DNA from: Marsupella aquatica
Taxonomy: Eukaryota > Plantae > Marchantiophyta
Length of the DNA: 64,000 nt
Direction of reading: 5' to 3'
Assembly (NCBI GenBank): GCA_973895155.1
Contig: OZ316893.1
Coordinates: 18,852,857 to 18,916,856, forward strand
The position numbers and the translations under genes are program-made. This document shows, piece by piece, positions 37,697 to 51,525 of this stretch. The notes under the pieces are model-generated. The model was given only the letters and a program-made list of their open reading frames with translations. It was not told the origin of the DNA and did not search any database. Within the stretch, counting starts at the first letter, position 1, and every line of letters begins with the position of its first letter.

Positions 37697-38720
37697 TCAG
37701 TAACACCAAAAGAGCGCATCCGGCCACAATTGTTCAGCTAAGATTCCCAAGCTGATAATCCAAGTCAAGCAATTCAAATCCATGGCTTGACCAAGGACTT
37801 GGCGGCGTGAACTCTCTAACACAGAGGCAACCGCAGTAGTGCCAGTAAAAAATCCCATAGCACGCTCTCGTTCATCAGCAGTAGGTTCCACTAACTGTTG
37901 TAGAGTTGTATTCCATACAAGTCCAGGCCCACCTGCTTTGAATGCATATGAAGCAGAATGACTCACAAAAGTGGGTAATGCACAACGTGGGCGACCAACT
38001 ACATTGACCACTGCCAATGGAGGTCTGTCAGGCTGGGTCACACCTTGTGCACGATGCCTTGGATCCAAAATATCATCCACCACCAAGGTTGTTGAGCGAG
38101 GAATGCTATCAAATGCTCGCTCCAACACCTCCCAAGGTAACAAATTAGTCCACCACAATCGTGGACAATGTGCACAAGAACCCACACGTGCAACATCCAA
38201 TAACACAATAGGTCCAATCCAAGACTTAACCTGATGAACGCTGGCAACAAGTCAATGACGATCATCACCCAATAATGGCACATTCTCCAAAATGTAGGCA
38301 AAGGAATGTGTCTGATGCAACTGAAGATGACGCAACACCCGTAACATCTCCCAAAACAATGCAAATCTTGGATCATGAAGTCCATGTCCAACTCCAACTC
38401 TAGATTGACCCTGACATGGCCAACCTGCAATCACCAAATCAATGGGGCCAACGCGATCCAAACGATCCACCCCCAACAATGAAATATCAGATGGCAATGC
38501 ATGCTGATAACCACGAACGGCATCCACTGGCAACAACTGTGGGTAACGTTCGACCAATAATGCCACATGACGTAATGAGCCTCTACGTGCTATCTCATCA
38601 GTCTCCACATACAAATAACGGCGCACAAGAATGCCGGCTTGAAGAACGGTAGCCAATCTAGTGCTAATTCCACCAAATAAATCCAACAAACAAATACCCT
38701 CATGTGGATATTGCCATGCA
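37697..38720 (-). pseudogene. C5 cytosine DNA methyltransferase domain (DNMT3-like) within pol
   Basis: Motif I LDLFGGI, II YVETD, III SDI, IV AGWPCQ, V DPRFALF, VI LENV. After one in-frame TGA (38252-38254): VIII AHCPRLWWTNL, IX ERERAMGF, X RRQVLGQAM. Confidence 0.93.
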
Positions 38721-39125
38721 ATAGGAGTAGTATCTAGTGGTGAAAGAGTCACTGGTCCATTTGCAGTTGACTGTTCTGCTCCTGATTGCGGTGTAAAAGC
38801 ATGACGCCATGCATCATGTATCAATCGGGCTGCACTTTGTGGCAAGGCCTGCCCAGTACCCCATACTGGTGTCACAACACTATCAATGGGAAATCCATGC
38901 ATCAAGTGTTCCTCATGTGCCTCCTCCACCGTAGGAACATCTGCTGCATGTGCATTACCCTTAATCAAATCATCAGCTCCAGTAATCAAACTATTGAATG
39001 CTGCCAAAGACAATAGTGCAGATTTGGGGCCTCCAATAGGTCCACTAAATTGCACTGGCAATTGGCTCAATCGAGCATCTCCAGATTGCCAATTGGGTCG
39101 GTACGACACCGATTCATTCCAAAAA

Positions 39126-39430
39126 TCAAGAACAAATCTCATAGGATAGAACTGTGCATCCCACCAAGACATCATATGACTCAGCCTTAGTCAAAATAGC
39201 TCGAGCCTGGATCCGTGAGTTATCCTTTGAATGATCCTCCTGAATCCTAAGTTCAAGTGCTCGTCGAGTGATATGTTGTGTGCGTGTAGGTCCTCCCAAT
39301 GAAGTCTGAATGGGAAAGGGACACTCCTCCAAATTATCAGGACGCAATCCCAATCCTCTTATCGCAGACTTACCCAACATCAAGGGCTGAGCACCAGTAT
39401 CAAGTAACACTCGCTCTGGCTGGTATATTG
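39126..39430 (-). pseudogene. Retroviral-type aspartic protease
   Basis: VLLDTGAQPLMLG...YDVLVG; a frameshift near 39150 leads into the DNMT-containing frame. Confidence 0.85.
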
Positions 39431-39449
39431 CTCCAAAAGGCCCAACTAA

Positions 39450-40574
39450 TCAGAAGATACCACTCCGATTATCAAGTGATATGACGCTAGGTTTAAACCT
39501 AGTCCTCTCATAAGCAGGGTGCGCTGGTAAATCTATCAACCTTGCCGCTGCTGCATGCCATGTCTCATTACTGGCAATAGGTGGATTCAAATCCACTGCT
39601 TCTAAATTGGGCGTTGCTTCTGCACGTGAAGCAACAATTGGAGTGTCCTTGCATAATGTGGCCGCCAATCTGAACACCTCTGTTGGACTAACTCCCAATG
39701 CCAACATATCCGTAGCTGAAAATAATGGCATTTTCACTATAGTAGTGGCCGCCCCCAACAGGGTACTTGTCATCCCTGTCACAATATCACTTGAATCCGC
39801 CAACTTACCCCCACCTGGGTTAGTCCAAACCGGATTCATAGAGGTAGTTTGAACTGCCTCTAACAATGTGAATAATTGGGGAAGCTTCGTTTGACGATGA
39901 AGATCCCCTCTCTATGGATCCAATTCTACCACTGCTCCTCGTGGCTCAAGGGCTTTTGCTGCTCCTCGAGTTAATGCTGCAGATGCATCAACATGCGCAG
40001 TGCCACACATAAATCCCATGGTGGCAAGATCTCCATCAGCTCCATAAGAGGTTGAAGCTCCATAGGATGTAGAAGCTCCATCACTAGCAGTAGGTCTAAC
40101 TTGAGAACTAGCCATTGCAGCTAGTTGTTGCTCCAATTGAGCAATCTTTGCATCCTTAGGATCTGTGGTAACGGTAGGAGCAACATCACCTCCCTGTCTT
40201 CCTGCATGTGGCATGCCTCGACCACGTCCACCACCTCTACCTCCTCTTCCCTGATCATACACACTTGGTCCTCCCCGTCGTAGTTCAAGATGAAGTACAA
40301 AACACCTATCTTTGGTGTGTCCAGAAACTCCACAATGCTCACATTGTCGTTGATCAGGCGTAGATGCCCCTCCTTGCCCCCTAGTATCCGGAAAATATCT
40401 TTGTGCATGATCCCCACCACAAGTCCAACATCCTGACTATTGTCCAGCATAAGAAGACACGGGTCTCTGACTAGTAGATTCCCGTATTGTAGGCTTCTCC
40501 CTTTGGCTCTTACGTGCAGTAGGTTGCGGTGTGGGCGTCAATGCAACCTTTGGTGCTTCCTTGGAAAATCCGGA
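39450..40574 (-). pseudogene. Gag C-terminal part (Cys/His knuckles, RGG tract) and gag-PR linker
   Basis: CGGDHAQRYF- and CEHCGVSGHTKDRCF-like knuckles at about 40300-40430; GRGGRGGGRGRG. Confidence 0.75.
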
Positions 40575-41416
40575 CACTAGAAGAATCCAAGGTGAATTGA
40601 GACCGCAATATGTGACTCATTTTGGCTCATGTGACTTCATTGTGACTCACGCTGTGACCCTTAGAGTTGCAAAAGTTGAGACCAAAAAATGGAAGTCATT
40701 CTTGATACTGGGCTTTGCAACTTGCTTGATACCCATTTGTGACTGATCTGTGACTTTATTGTGGAGTCTAGCCTTGTTTCTACGTGACTGCAATATGACT
40801 TTAACGAGTCACATGGTAAGTCATATACATGACTTGCTCGCATTCAACAACGACTAGCGTGTGACCATTTAGTGTCACAGGAGAGACCAATGGAGACTCT
40901 GGCCCGGGTCACACAACATAACCATTTGGGACTCTATATACTCATGTTTATAACTAATAAGGTTCACATGCAAGTTGTAACCATGACTAATGAACACAGA
41001 GGGACAGTTTATAAGGAGAGAGAGAGCACTCCACATTACAATACATAGAAACCTGATGTTCTAACTTTAGAAATATAACACATTGAATACAAGAAATGAA
41101 CATAGCATGAATGACATCCACATCAAACAAAGCATCATATAAGCAAATCCTACATAAAACATTCATAAGAATTAAACAGAATCACAATCTTGCTCTAAAA
41201 TTTAGATCATTTGAATTCCAATGGAATAGTTTACAATGTGATCAATGTAATTTAGACAAAACAGGAACTCATAATTGATGACTGCAGGATGAGATAACTG
41301 AAAGCACATGCATGATACTATGAATCTCCAAGAGGACATGATTCTTGTACTCCTTCTTGACATCTAAAATCTACATAACATGACTCATAGTACAAACAAA
41401 TAATGACATGACATTG

Positions 41417-44400
41417 TTATGGATCCTCTATGAACTTGCTTGGCCATAATACCAAAGAACCTGCAGCATCTCCAAGTGTCTTTTGAGGAGGATCATCATT
41501 TGTGTTTGGAATAGGAATGACAGCTTTAGGTTTCACTAGTAATGTGACTAACACTACTAAATAACCTGGGGGAATCCTCTTGCCATGGAACGTTGTGGAA
41601 CCAACCTGCACTCTGCCAAATCCTACTCGTGTTCCACTCTCATCAACAGCTAACAAGCCACTTTGTCCCTCAACATTAGGTGCTTTCCCCACTTCCACCT
41701 TAAATCTTTTTGCCAGCACCGTTCTTGGAGGTTTGTATGAAACCTTTGACGTGGCTCTGCTCCCACCAGCAGACTTGCTTTGTGTGCGCATGCTTCCTCT
41801 CTTCACTGTAGTGAAGCTAGGCTCAGTAGGTTCCTCTGTTAGGACTGTCATAGTAGCAGGTTCATCACCTGGGAGTGTCATACCAACTAACTCTTTGGTT
41901 GGTTTTATCTCAACAAGAGGCACACCTGTCATTGAGAATGATACATTCTGCAAATCATTTATCTCAGCAATGGAGTCAAGATCTACATAGCATGAATCTG
42001 GCTCAATGGTATCATTGTCATGCTTGCTGATATCCTCATTTGCCCCAACATTGATATCATCCACTCCCTTGCCAATGTCATCCTCATCCAAACATGGTTG
42101 ACTGCCCTCTGTCAAACAAGTTGCTTGTACAGACTGCAACTTTGTTGCCTCTAAATTACAATGAGTATTTGCCAGGTTCTCATACTTCTTCTCTGCAGCA
42201 CCTGCCTTATTCTCTATGGACACAACAACCACAATATATGTTACTGAAAATAACACATTCAACAAACAATGTCAATTCAAACTATACATTTACTAATCAT
42301 ATCCCACACAGTTGTAAAGGCCTTACCTTCGAGCCTACATGTCATTGGCATGCCAGAAGAGTGCATCGACTTTGCCACCTCAAGTGGTGATGGTGGAACT
42401 CTTGCAGAATTGGAATCAATTTTATCTCTCACCGACACAACAGCTTCCATTAATGTCTTGAAGTTCACATGGAACAAGTCAGTCAATGAATTCAAACGTT
42501 CATTGATCTCTGGAAGACATGTTTCGACAGCCTTCAAACGACCACTTATCTCTGTAAGTGAAGATCCACCTCCCTACATGACACAGGGGTATAGGTTCAA
42601 TCACTCCATATGAAATGTTGGGCAATATATGCACAATCAATGTTATATACAGTGTACACCTGAAATTCAACGCAGGTCATTCAATTACCAATTAGAACTC
42701 ATATAACTTACATGCTTGGAGGATTCAGATGCACCCTCTTGAGCCCGGGTGTTCACAATTTCAGCCCTCAACTCTTCTTTTGAAGGGCTTTGCCCCAATT
42801 GGGCTTTCTGCACATGCATGGCAAACACAAGTTATCATTATTATTCAGGGAACGTACACTAAAAAACAAAGTGAACAGTACATAGTGTAGCATAAATTAC
42901 ATACCTAGGTCATTGATTCTTACCAAACGTTTTGCTGTCGGTGCAGTGCCGGTCCTTCCTGTCAGATTAGGGTTCTGAACACTCAACCTGGCCTCGGTCA
43001 TTTGTGAACTCTTCTTTTTCGAAGCATCTGTTACAAAATAAGCTACTAACCTTGACCACACTTTATCATCACAACTGGCTGGTGGAGGCATATCTGGCTT
43101 CTCCCCACCTTCCTTCCAAACCTTATGCATTCTCCACCTCTCTTGCTTTATGATTTTACCTGCTGTACTCTCTAGGCAACCTATGTCCACGCCATCATCA
43201 CTGCCCACATAATTCCATTTGGCAGCAACATTTTCACATACAGTCTTCCAATCTTTTGGATGCTGTTTTTTTAAATTAATAACACTCACATCTAACCAAC
43301 ACAATACTTCAGCTTTCAAATCAGCATGCCATCGGTTCTTACGAGGACACTCAGCATCCACCCATTGTCTCTCATTCAACTTTACGTTCCCTTTCTTTGT
43401 CACCTCCCCTCGTGCACTGCTCTCGGTAGTACTGGGCGTTCTATTGGCCACCCCTTCATTCACCCTACCTGGGGTTCTGAAGCCACCTGGGAAAATACAA
43501 TGCCATTCATGCTTGAGAACTACATACAGCATAATGGATGACGGCAACATTCAATGCTTCACTTCAAGAAAAATTCTTCAAACATACATACCTGTAGCTC
43601 TGCCTGTAGATGCCTGTGCAGGGACTGCACTCTGGAATTGTTGTGACCCTGGACCACCTGTCCAGCCTAGTACAGGGGCCGGATGATGTCACTTTCTAGG
43701 TATGTAACATATGTACTAAAAACATAGTACAAACTATAGGAAAACATATGAACATTCACCAACATACCTGGCCCCCTTTCGTGCTGCATCTGCATAGGGG
43801 CATTAGTGAATACTTGAGTCGATGGTTCGACTGTCCAACCTGCACACATACATTTTCTATTATTATACATGTGCAGAATCCCCCCCACGTCAATGGACTC
43901 CACATTTAATGAGTTCTTCCATTGCTGACAAGATCAGACATTACCTGCCCCTCTTCCAGCATTTGTAGGTACTGTATTTTGAAATCCCTGCCAATTACCT
44001 TCACCACCTTCCCAACCTTATTCATTCCACGATCCACCACCATCCTCCCAACCTTGTTCAACCCATGTCTGTCCTTGTGGACATTGGAACTGATCATTAC
44101 TAGCATTTGCCCAATCAGGTTGGGCAGAATCTGCATGCAATGGCACGTGGACAGAATTTCATGTTGTCTGAATCCAATACATCCCAAACAATGTCAAAAA
44201 TTGATATGCAGTCTGAAATTCAGGATTGCCATGCCTTCACAAATAACTGGCATATAGATATATACTCACATCCCCATGGTTGAGGTGGACGTCCATACCC
44301 ACGAGACTGTGAGTTTGGACCTGCTCTGCCTCTACCACGGGCATAACCTAGAGCTTGCCCCCTGCCATAGTATTGGGCACCAGCCTGGGATCTACCACTA

Positions 44401-44746
44401 CTACCACCTCGCCAACCTTGATCAGAGGTCAGCCCCCCTGCTGGTATGGTGCATGCACAGGCTTTGCAGGCAAAACAGAACTGGCAGGACGCTGCATCAC
44501 ATCACCAACTACAATGTCAAGAACTAAGCAAGGTACATAGGGTGTAGTACTGAACATATGAAACCTCTCAACAAGAGTTTTTAACTCTAAACCTAGCTTG
44601 TTGGGAAAACTACTTACCTGTTTCTTTTGGGGCTGCTCTGCAATGTATTCATCTTCATAACCCCCATCCTCATCCATTTCCTCTAGAAAATACTCATCAT
44701 CTGCATCTTCTTGTCTAGTGTCTACACCCACTTGCGCAGCATCCAT
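41417..44746 (-). CDS. CACTA TnpA-like accessory gene (multi-exon; boundaries approximate)
   Basis: DKVWSRLVAYF...KKKSSQMTEAR...TGRTG (Ptta/En/Spm-like) and C-terminal TTFHGKRIPPGYLVV...TLGDAAGSLVLWP (Tnp1/En/Spm-like). Confidence 0.7.
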
Positions 44747-45299
44747 GTCATCTCCACATTATGCCATTGTAGGTACGACCTTCTTGCTCACTCTGTCACT
44801 CCGGCGCATGGGCCCAGAGATAGTGCTGGTCACCCTTCTTGTGTACTCCTTTTGTTTCTTTGAAAAACCTGCTGCTCTGCGACATTCCAACATGAGAATA
44901 CAGTCACAATTTCAGTGCCACATTGAACTATTCATGTCACACAAACTCAGCGGAGGGGTGTAGTTGAGAATCGTTCCCTTACAATTCAGCCACATCCTTT
45001 TCTAGATCCAGTTCTGCAATTTTGGCTTTCACGTATGCTCGTTGTTCCATAGCTTTCCTTTCATACTCACACATCTCTGTGTCACTCTGTTCCATCCTAC
45101 TGGACCACAAAAACATGTCATCTATGGTCACCCCGTATAACACAATGCAACCACAATCACCAGGCATCCATCCATACATCTGTGTTGCTTTAGAATTACT
45201 TTATTACACATTCCCTCACTAATGTCCATGCAAACAATTCACATTACTCATGGCACAGGCACACTGTTGGCATCTGCATCTCTGAATTCACCTCCTTCA

Positions 45300-47038
45300 G
45301 CAAATGCATCTACCCTTGTCACAGGAATGAAGTCCCCGCTATCATGAACTACAGGCACTTGGTCTGAACGCCGACGATCAAAGGCACTATGAGAGTGTAA
45401 ATGAAACTCAAGGTTTGATCCTTCCATCCGACGTTGCCTGGCCTATTTATGACACACTACACGCCAACCTGGGGAGTCTTCCACATCCAGGAAAAAAGCT
45501 TGCTCCACCTGACTTGGAAACACAAATGGCCCAGACCATTCTGGCAATTTCCCTCTGAAATTGGCCAGCAAGAAACCGTCATTGTCTCTCTTCATGGTAG
45601 CCCTATTACCAAGCCAATCCTGCCGCACCTATGAACCTTTCATAAGAATCACAGGACTGGACACCGCCCCATAGTCCAAAGCCCATATGTCAACTAATTC
45701 TCCCACATATCCCATCTCCATCCAGGCCCTGTCGTGATTGTGGCTCTGTTGCTCAAATACAGTTATGAGCCCACAGTCATTTGTCACCCTGTAGGCACTA
45801 TCACCATCCTTCACTCGAAAGTGATTCCCATATGCTCTCATCTGTTTGTAAGTCTTCACTTTCAGGCTAGGGGCATTAGACAATAGGTAATTGTCTGCAT
45901 CCATGTCTGGGTGGGTCTCGTGATGCTCTCTAATTGCCACTCTAATCCACTCCATGAAACCTGGAAAAGTTGTTCCTACAGTGGGATGGGCCGCCTTGAA
46001 TGACTCATACTCCCTGAACAAACAACCACACAGCATTAGCTTGGGTAAATATGAACAGGCTGAAGGAGAAAATCACACGCACACAACATTTAAGCTCATG
46101 AACTGGATTATAGCACATGTATGCACTCACTGTATCCATGGTTCCATCACCACAGTGTTGTGCAATACAAAGTCATGTGCCAAGTCTCTCATAGATGTGG
46201 TCAGGTTCTTTGTGGTTGCAGCCCCTTCCAGTACTTCACCTATCACCCCTTCCTCCTCATCAGAATTCCACACCCTGGTCTTCACATGCTCATATTGTGC
46301 TATGTATTCGGTCATAAATCCCAGAGTCTCATCCTTGATGTAACCTTTAGCCATGCTTGCTTCAGGTTTGTAATATGTTCTCACGTGACCTTTGAGTAGC
46401 TTCATGTACCGTTCCAAAGGGTACAACCAACGACCACTCACAGGCCCAAATTGGTGTAGCTCTTCCACAACATGGACAAGTAGGTGGGTCATGACATCAA
46501 AAAATGCGGGAGGAAAATAAATCTCCAAGTCACACAGCACCTGAGCGACATCTTCTGTCAGTTGTGGGAAGTGTGTTTCATCCCAAACCTTCACAGAAAT
46601 ACGACGAAACACATCACTGAGTCGCATGATCACATTACGAACAGGCTTCTGCAACAGGCCCCTCAGACATAAAGGCAACACCTGTTGCATCAACATATGG
46701 TAGTCATGGCTTTTCATACTACCAAGCTTTCTAGTCATGATATGCTTCTTGAAAGCACTGCCATAGTTTGAAGGAACCTTCAAAGAACTCAACCTCTGCA
46801 CAAATAGTTGCCACTCTGTGTCTGTCAGAACATAGGGCGCTTGGTACTTCAAGAGCACATCAGCTCTGTGGGCATGTGGCCTCAACCAAAGATGGGGTTT
46901 CATTCCCCTTTGTTCAAGATCCAATCTCATTGAACCAGTGTCTTTCTCTCCACACAAGAATCTGAGTAGACTCTCACAAATATTCTTCTCAATGTGCATA
47001 ACATCAATGTTATGTTTGCTTGGCTCAAACTCCTGCAC
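45300..47038 (-). pseudogene. CACTA transposase (TnpD-like), C-terminal half
   Basis: DVMHIEKNICESL, MKSHDYH, FFDVMTHLLVH, WLYPLERYMKLLK, PFVFPSQVEQAFF..D..GWRVV. Stop at 45629-45631; N-terminal half not evident. Confidence 0.9.
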
Positions 47039-49955
47039 CGTTGCAATGCAAAAGCGTCAGCAAATGCCTCAAGTTTAGTCTCTCTCTTTGAAATGAATGC
47101 ACATGCTCTGAACCAAAACATGTATCCCAATTAGCATCAACTCCAAGAGGCTTACCCTCCAATACTTGAGCTCCAAGTCCAATATGCTCAGTCTTTTTAC
47201 ACCATATCGCTTTATTGGTTCTACAATTGGTTCTCCAGATCAAAATGCAGCACACATACTTCTGGAACCATTCAGATTCGGCCTTGCCATTTTGTTGCCT
47301 CCAAGCTCAATTCATCCATGTCCTACTTGAAGGCAAAATAGACAAAAATAGAGCAAAACCACTAACCAAGTAGTGTTTGACCATAGGGACAACAAATTGA
47401 AACAGAGAGAAGGCTGGCAGCCCAAGCCAATAGTCTTCCATAGGGGAGAGAGTACGATCAAGAAAGTGAAGAACATGTAGTTCTTACGCAAAAAACTCAG
47501 CAACAATAGACAAATTCACTAGCCAGAGGGAGTGAAAAGCAAATGAGTACCAAGCCAACCAACTAAGACTGACTATGAAATGCAAGTGACGTCATTACAA
47601 CCAAAACAATACAACAAAGCACTTAGGCAACATTAATACAAAATTGTAGAGGAATTATATCATGCGATAGATAGTACTCGGTTCTACCTGAGGTGTACAA
47701 TCATACTCCCCTCAGGTAGAATGTGTATGCAGTTACATACACATGACGATCCCCAAGAAAGCAGACAACAGTTCCTAGCAGACAACAGTTCCTAGCAGAC
47801 AACAGTTCTTGTTGCGTGTCTCAGGCTGATTTTTACTTTCCAGACTTGAGAGTTGTGAAGGTAGTTTTAGTAACTTTCCTTTGACTCGATTTGGGAGCAT
47901 TTGACCTATCTGCTAGCTTGTAGTTAGCTTCATGATGTCTGTACACTTTGGTGTCCGAGCCGAGCACCGATTCTTCCTCTCCTCTATTTTAGCTTCGTGA
48001 TATCTGTACACGTTGGTGTCCGGGCTCTGATTCTGCCTCTCCTCTATTTTTGCATCGTGATAGGCTTTGATCACAGTAGCGTATTGGAGCATGGAAATTT
48101 GAGGTCCATTTCAAGGCAGCGGGAATAAGTACATTGATCAACTGGAGACCAGAAATGCGCATATGTGAATGTCATACCTTTCAGGCGGAAGTCATAGGTA
48201 GCAAGTAGCAGGCATGAACTTGCAAGCAGCAACTTGCGCTCTGTTGCCCCCTGCAGCTTACTAAAAGAACACTCCACTGAGAAGCAATGACAACGGATTG
48301 GAGCTCCTCCCCAATTAATATAGTCTCCAACCAATCACGTTCATGATCTGAGGTGAGACATGACATACAATAATCGCTGATGCAGAGATCTAAGAATCGT
48401 CTCAATCCAAGGAACAGAACATCTCACGACATCACGGACATTTTACAGTAACAAAATGCAACACCCACCCTATGCATCTATAACATTGAGTACAAACATT
48501 CATGGATTGCAAAATTACTCTACACTTCATGCGTCACCTTCAGGTCAAGTCGTAGCTCCAGCCACAACTCATAGGTCGTAGCTCCAACAAGTAGCTGCAA
48601 CCACGGCTCACAAGTCCAGCTCCCCTGTCAGCTCACATGAATAGCGCCTCCCTTCGCTGCACTCCATGCATCTGTTGCTAGTTGCAACACAAACATTAAG
48701 CAGTCAATAAGCAGGGCCACTTTCATTGTACACAATGTCACATAAATCCTACCTGGACGGTTTGCATTGGAATAACTGTCATAATCACCCCGGCCGTAGC
48801 CTTCACTGATCAATGTGAAGGGCGTGCACCTCAATGCCAGCATTCAGTGTCCGGGCTCTTGTGAGTGGAGAATGAGTTTAAAGACAACAAGAGGCCATAA
48901 CATTGCCTCCACCTACAATGTATGTCATTGTTGAGGTAAACTTACCAAATGTGAACTCCAATCTCTGCCCACAAGAACAACTCCTTGCGACTCTTTTGCG
49001 CGTCCACAGATTGTCTTACTGACAATGCCAATGCAAAAAAGGGCCCGATCGCTGTTGCAACCACGATGATCCACCTCACGCTAGATAGTTGGCCTTCAAG
49101 ATCACTCCCCACTTTTTTGCAGCTCCTCAGTTCTACGTCGCAGCTCCCCGATCCTCCACAACCCCTTGCCCACGGCAGTGCTGCAATAAAATAAGCTCCT
49201 GGTCGCAGCTCCTCAGTTATCGGTCATAGCTGCAACAACATAAGCTCATAGTAACTCGGCCTAAACCCACAGCTCAGTCCTCCAATGACAAAATACCTAA
49301 ACCTTGGCCCAAATGCGAGCTCCCGATAGTATTCAGACCTTGCAACATTCAACTGGAAGCGCACAATGGAGAAGAGCTTGAAGGTCGCACACCTGAAAAA
49401 ATCAATCATGGATTGATCTACGAGCTGGATATTGGAGTCTGTGTCTCTCATCCAAGGCTTCCAATCATCTGCTCTAGTCCAAAGCTCCCAAAAGTATAGA
49501 GGGCAGATGTACACTCAAGCATGACAAGCGGGAGTGAAGTCCGTAAAGCTCCTCTCCCTAAACGATGGTTGTTGGTAAGCACAATGGACATCCAAGTTTT
49601 TCCTTGACAAAAACCTCCGAGTTCCCGCGCACCTTCAACTCCCATTTGCACTCTGCTGGTGTGTTTCCTGTTGAAAAACCCGCTCACCCTAAACTTGTAT
49701 CCAAAGGCAAACTCACGCACAATGCATACCTTAACACTTAGTGAGAGAACTGAACCCAGTGACACTCGACCACTTTGCGTTGACATGAGCCGTAAACCCT
49801 AAAGCAAATTTGACACAACACAATATGAGCAAAGATTAAATGAACGCACAGGGCTAGGATTAACCTTACAATAGCCTTGTTGCATGTTCATTAATTAAGA
49901 GCACAAATGATGAGCCTAAAAGAAAAATAATACTATCTAAGATCAAGCCTTCTTC

Positions 49956-49978
49956 ATATATATATATATATATATATA
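49956..49978. repeat. (AT)n microsatellite
   Basis: Run of AT dinucleotides. Confidence 0.9.
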
Positions 49979-50537
49979 GCATGCAAAAATATAGTAGTTG
50001 GACATCCAATGTTCTATGGCTGGTATAGAGGGTAGGACAAGTGGTAAAGATGGGGAAAATTAGAGATTGACTACAAAAAGCATTAAGTTAGGTTAACAAG
50101 GTTTGACAAAGCCGGCCTTTTTTTGTTTGAATGGGGCTGAGGCTTCATTGTGTCTAAATGGGGTCAGGAGTAATTATGGTTTAGAATGGTACGACTAAAC
50201 TATTATTAAATTGATGTGGAATGACATATGGTGTATCCAAAATCATATGTATATGGTTGCGGATCCCATACTTTAAGGTTTAAGGGTTTAAATGTAGTGG
50301 TCTCATAAGTTGTACTCTAATGTAGAGTCACTTGTATAACTTCACCCTAATTGCCTTAACTAAGTTATAGTTGCAACTTACCTAAAAGTTGTAAACATGA
50401 CTTGGCAAAACTTCACCAAAACTCAGTCAAGAAGGTGTGACTAACATGACACCAACAACCTTGGAGTCGCTATTTCATGAAGGTCTTGGACAAGTCACAC
50501 ATCTCCAGGTCTCAAAACGGGTGGATTTCTTCTAGTG

Positions 50538-51473
50538 GGAAGTTACCACCTTCTCATTCACCATATTGAGCTCAATGCGCTCAGCAAGTGAAAAAACTAT
50601 AGCCAATGTGGGATCTGAATCCCTCAATAGAGTGGCATCTCTCACTCTACGACGCAACTCCCTATCCAGAATTGCATACCAAAATTGGACCACTTGGGCC
50701 TCTGTCACTCCTTGTGTGACCGTAATCAACCTTCGCATACGAGTGTATGCCTCACGTAGGCTCTCTCCAGTCTTGCGCTGGAACTCCTGAAGACCCTTCA
50801 ACTTCTCGGTTCTCACACCCTGGTAGTTCTGCTTCAATACTTCAAAGAACTTCATCACAGGGTTAAATGTTGGCGCAGCTCCACTCCCAGCCACAATCAC
50901 ACCGGTAGGAATAGCGGTGGATGCTGATGGAGTGCCACTCTGGCTAGTGCTGCTAGAAGAAGCCGCAACTGTAGCAATGGGTTGGGCAACTGCACTTGTG
51001 CCATAAGTGATGGACACATAGTTTGGTGACCAATGCTGTCTCCATGCCTCAATATCCACTAAATGAGCCTTTCAAAACTCATGGTAGTCATCCATGGGTG
51101 GCCCCTCCAAATGCTAAAACAACCCTTTCCAAGCCATGAAAGGTGTGAACAATGTGGCATTACGCATTGTCTGCATATCACACCACGTATCAAACTCTTG
51201 GATGAAATCATCCAAATCAATCGTGCCAATTGCACCAGAGTATCTCCTCGGCCCTTTCGTGGTCCCATACATCTCCTCCATATCCCACAACAATGGAATA
51301 GTCACTTGATGTTGAGGAGAAGTGGCTACTAAGTCCTTGTCAGAATCACTATCTGAAACCCCACTTGTGACCACTAACAATGTCGTCGGCCAAAATTGCA
51401 CTCCACTCCGAGTGAAACCAGCCCGTCGTCCCTCGGGTAGCCCCATATCACCAGAGGACTCCGTGATGACCAA
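50538..51473 (-). pseudogene. Gag N-terminal/capsid part of the DNMT-Gypsy
   Basis: DLDDFIQEFDTWCD and FQRKTGESLREAYTRMRRL (retrotransposon gag homology region); continues at 40574 across the CACTA. Confidence 0.85.
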
Positions 51474-51525
51474 TTTTCCCTAAATGGTCACCATCAACTC
51501 ACCACTATCAATAATCAACCAATTG

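Larger units (their letters stand above)
40575..50537 (-). mobile_element. CACTA/EnSpm transposon, 9963 bp, 3-bp TSD GGA, inserted in the Gypsy gag
   Basis: gga|CACTAGAAGAATCCA ... TGGATTTCTTCTAGTG|gga, with gtgact/gagtca subterminal motifs at both ends. Confidence 0.96.

Noticed and set aside
37697-39175. Bacterial restriction-modification methylase, contamination, or host DNMT gene
   Set aside because: The domain is intronless and sits between Gypsy PR and RT inside TSD-bounded terminal repeats.
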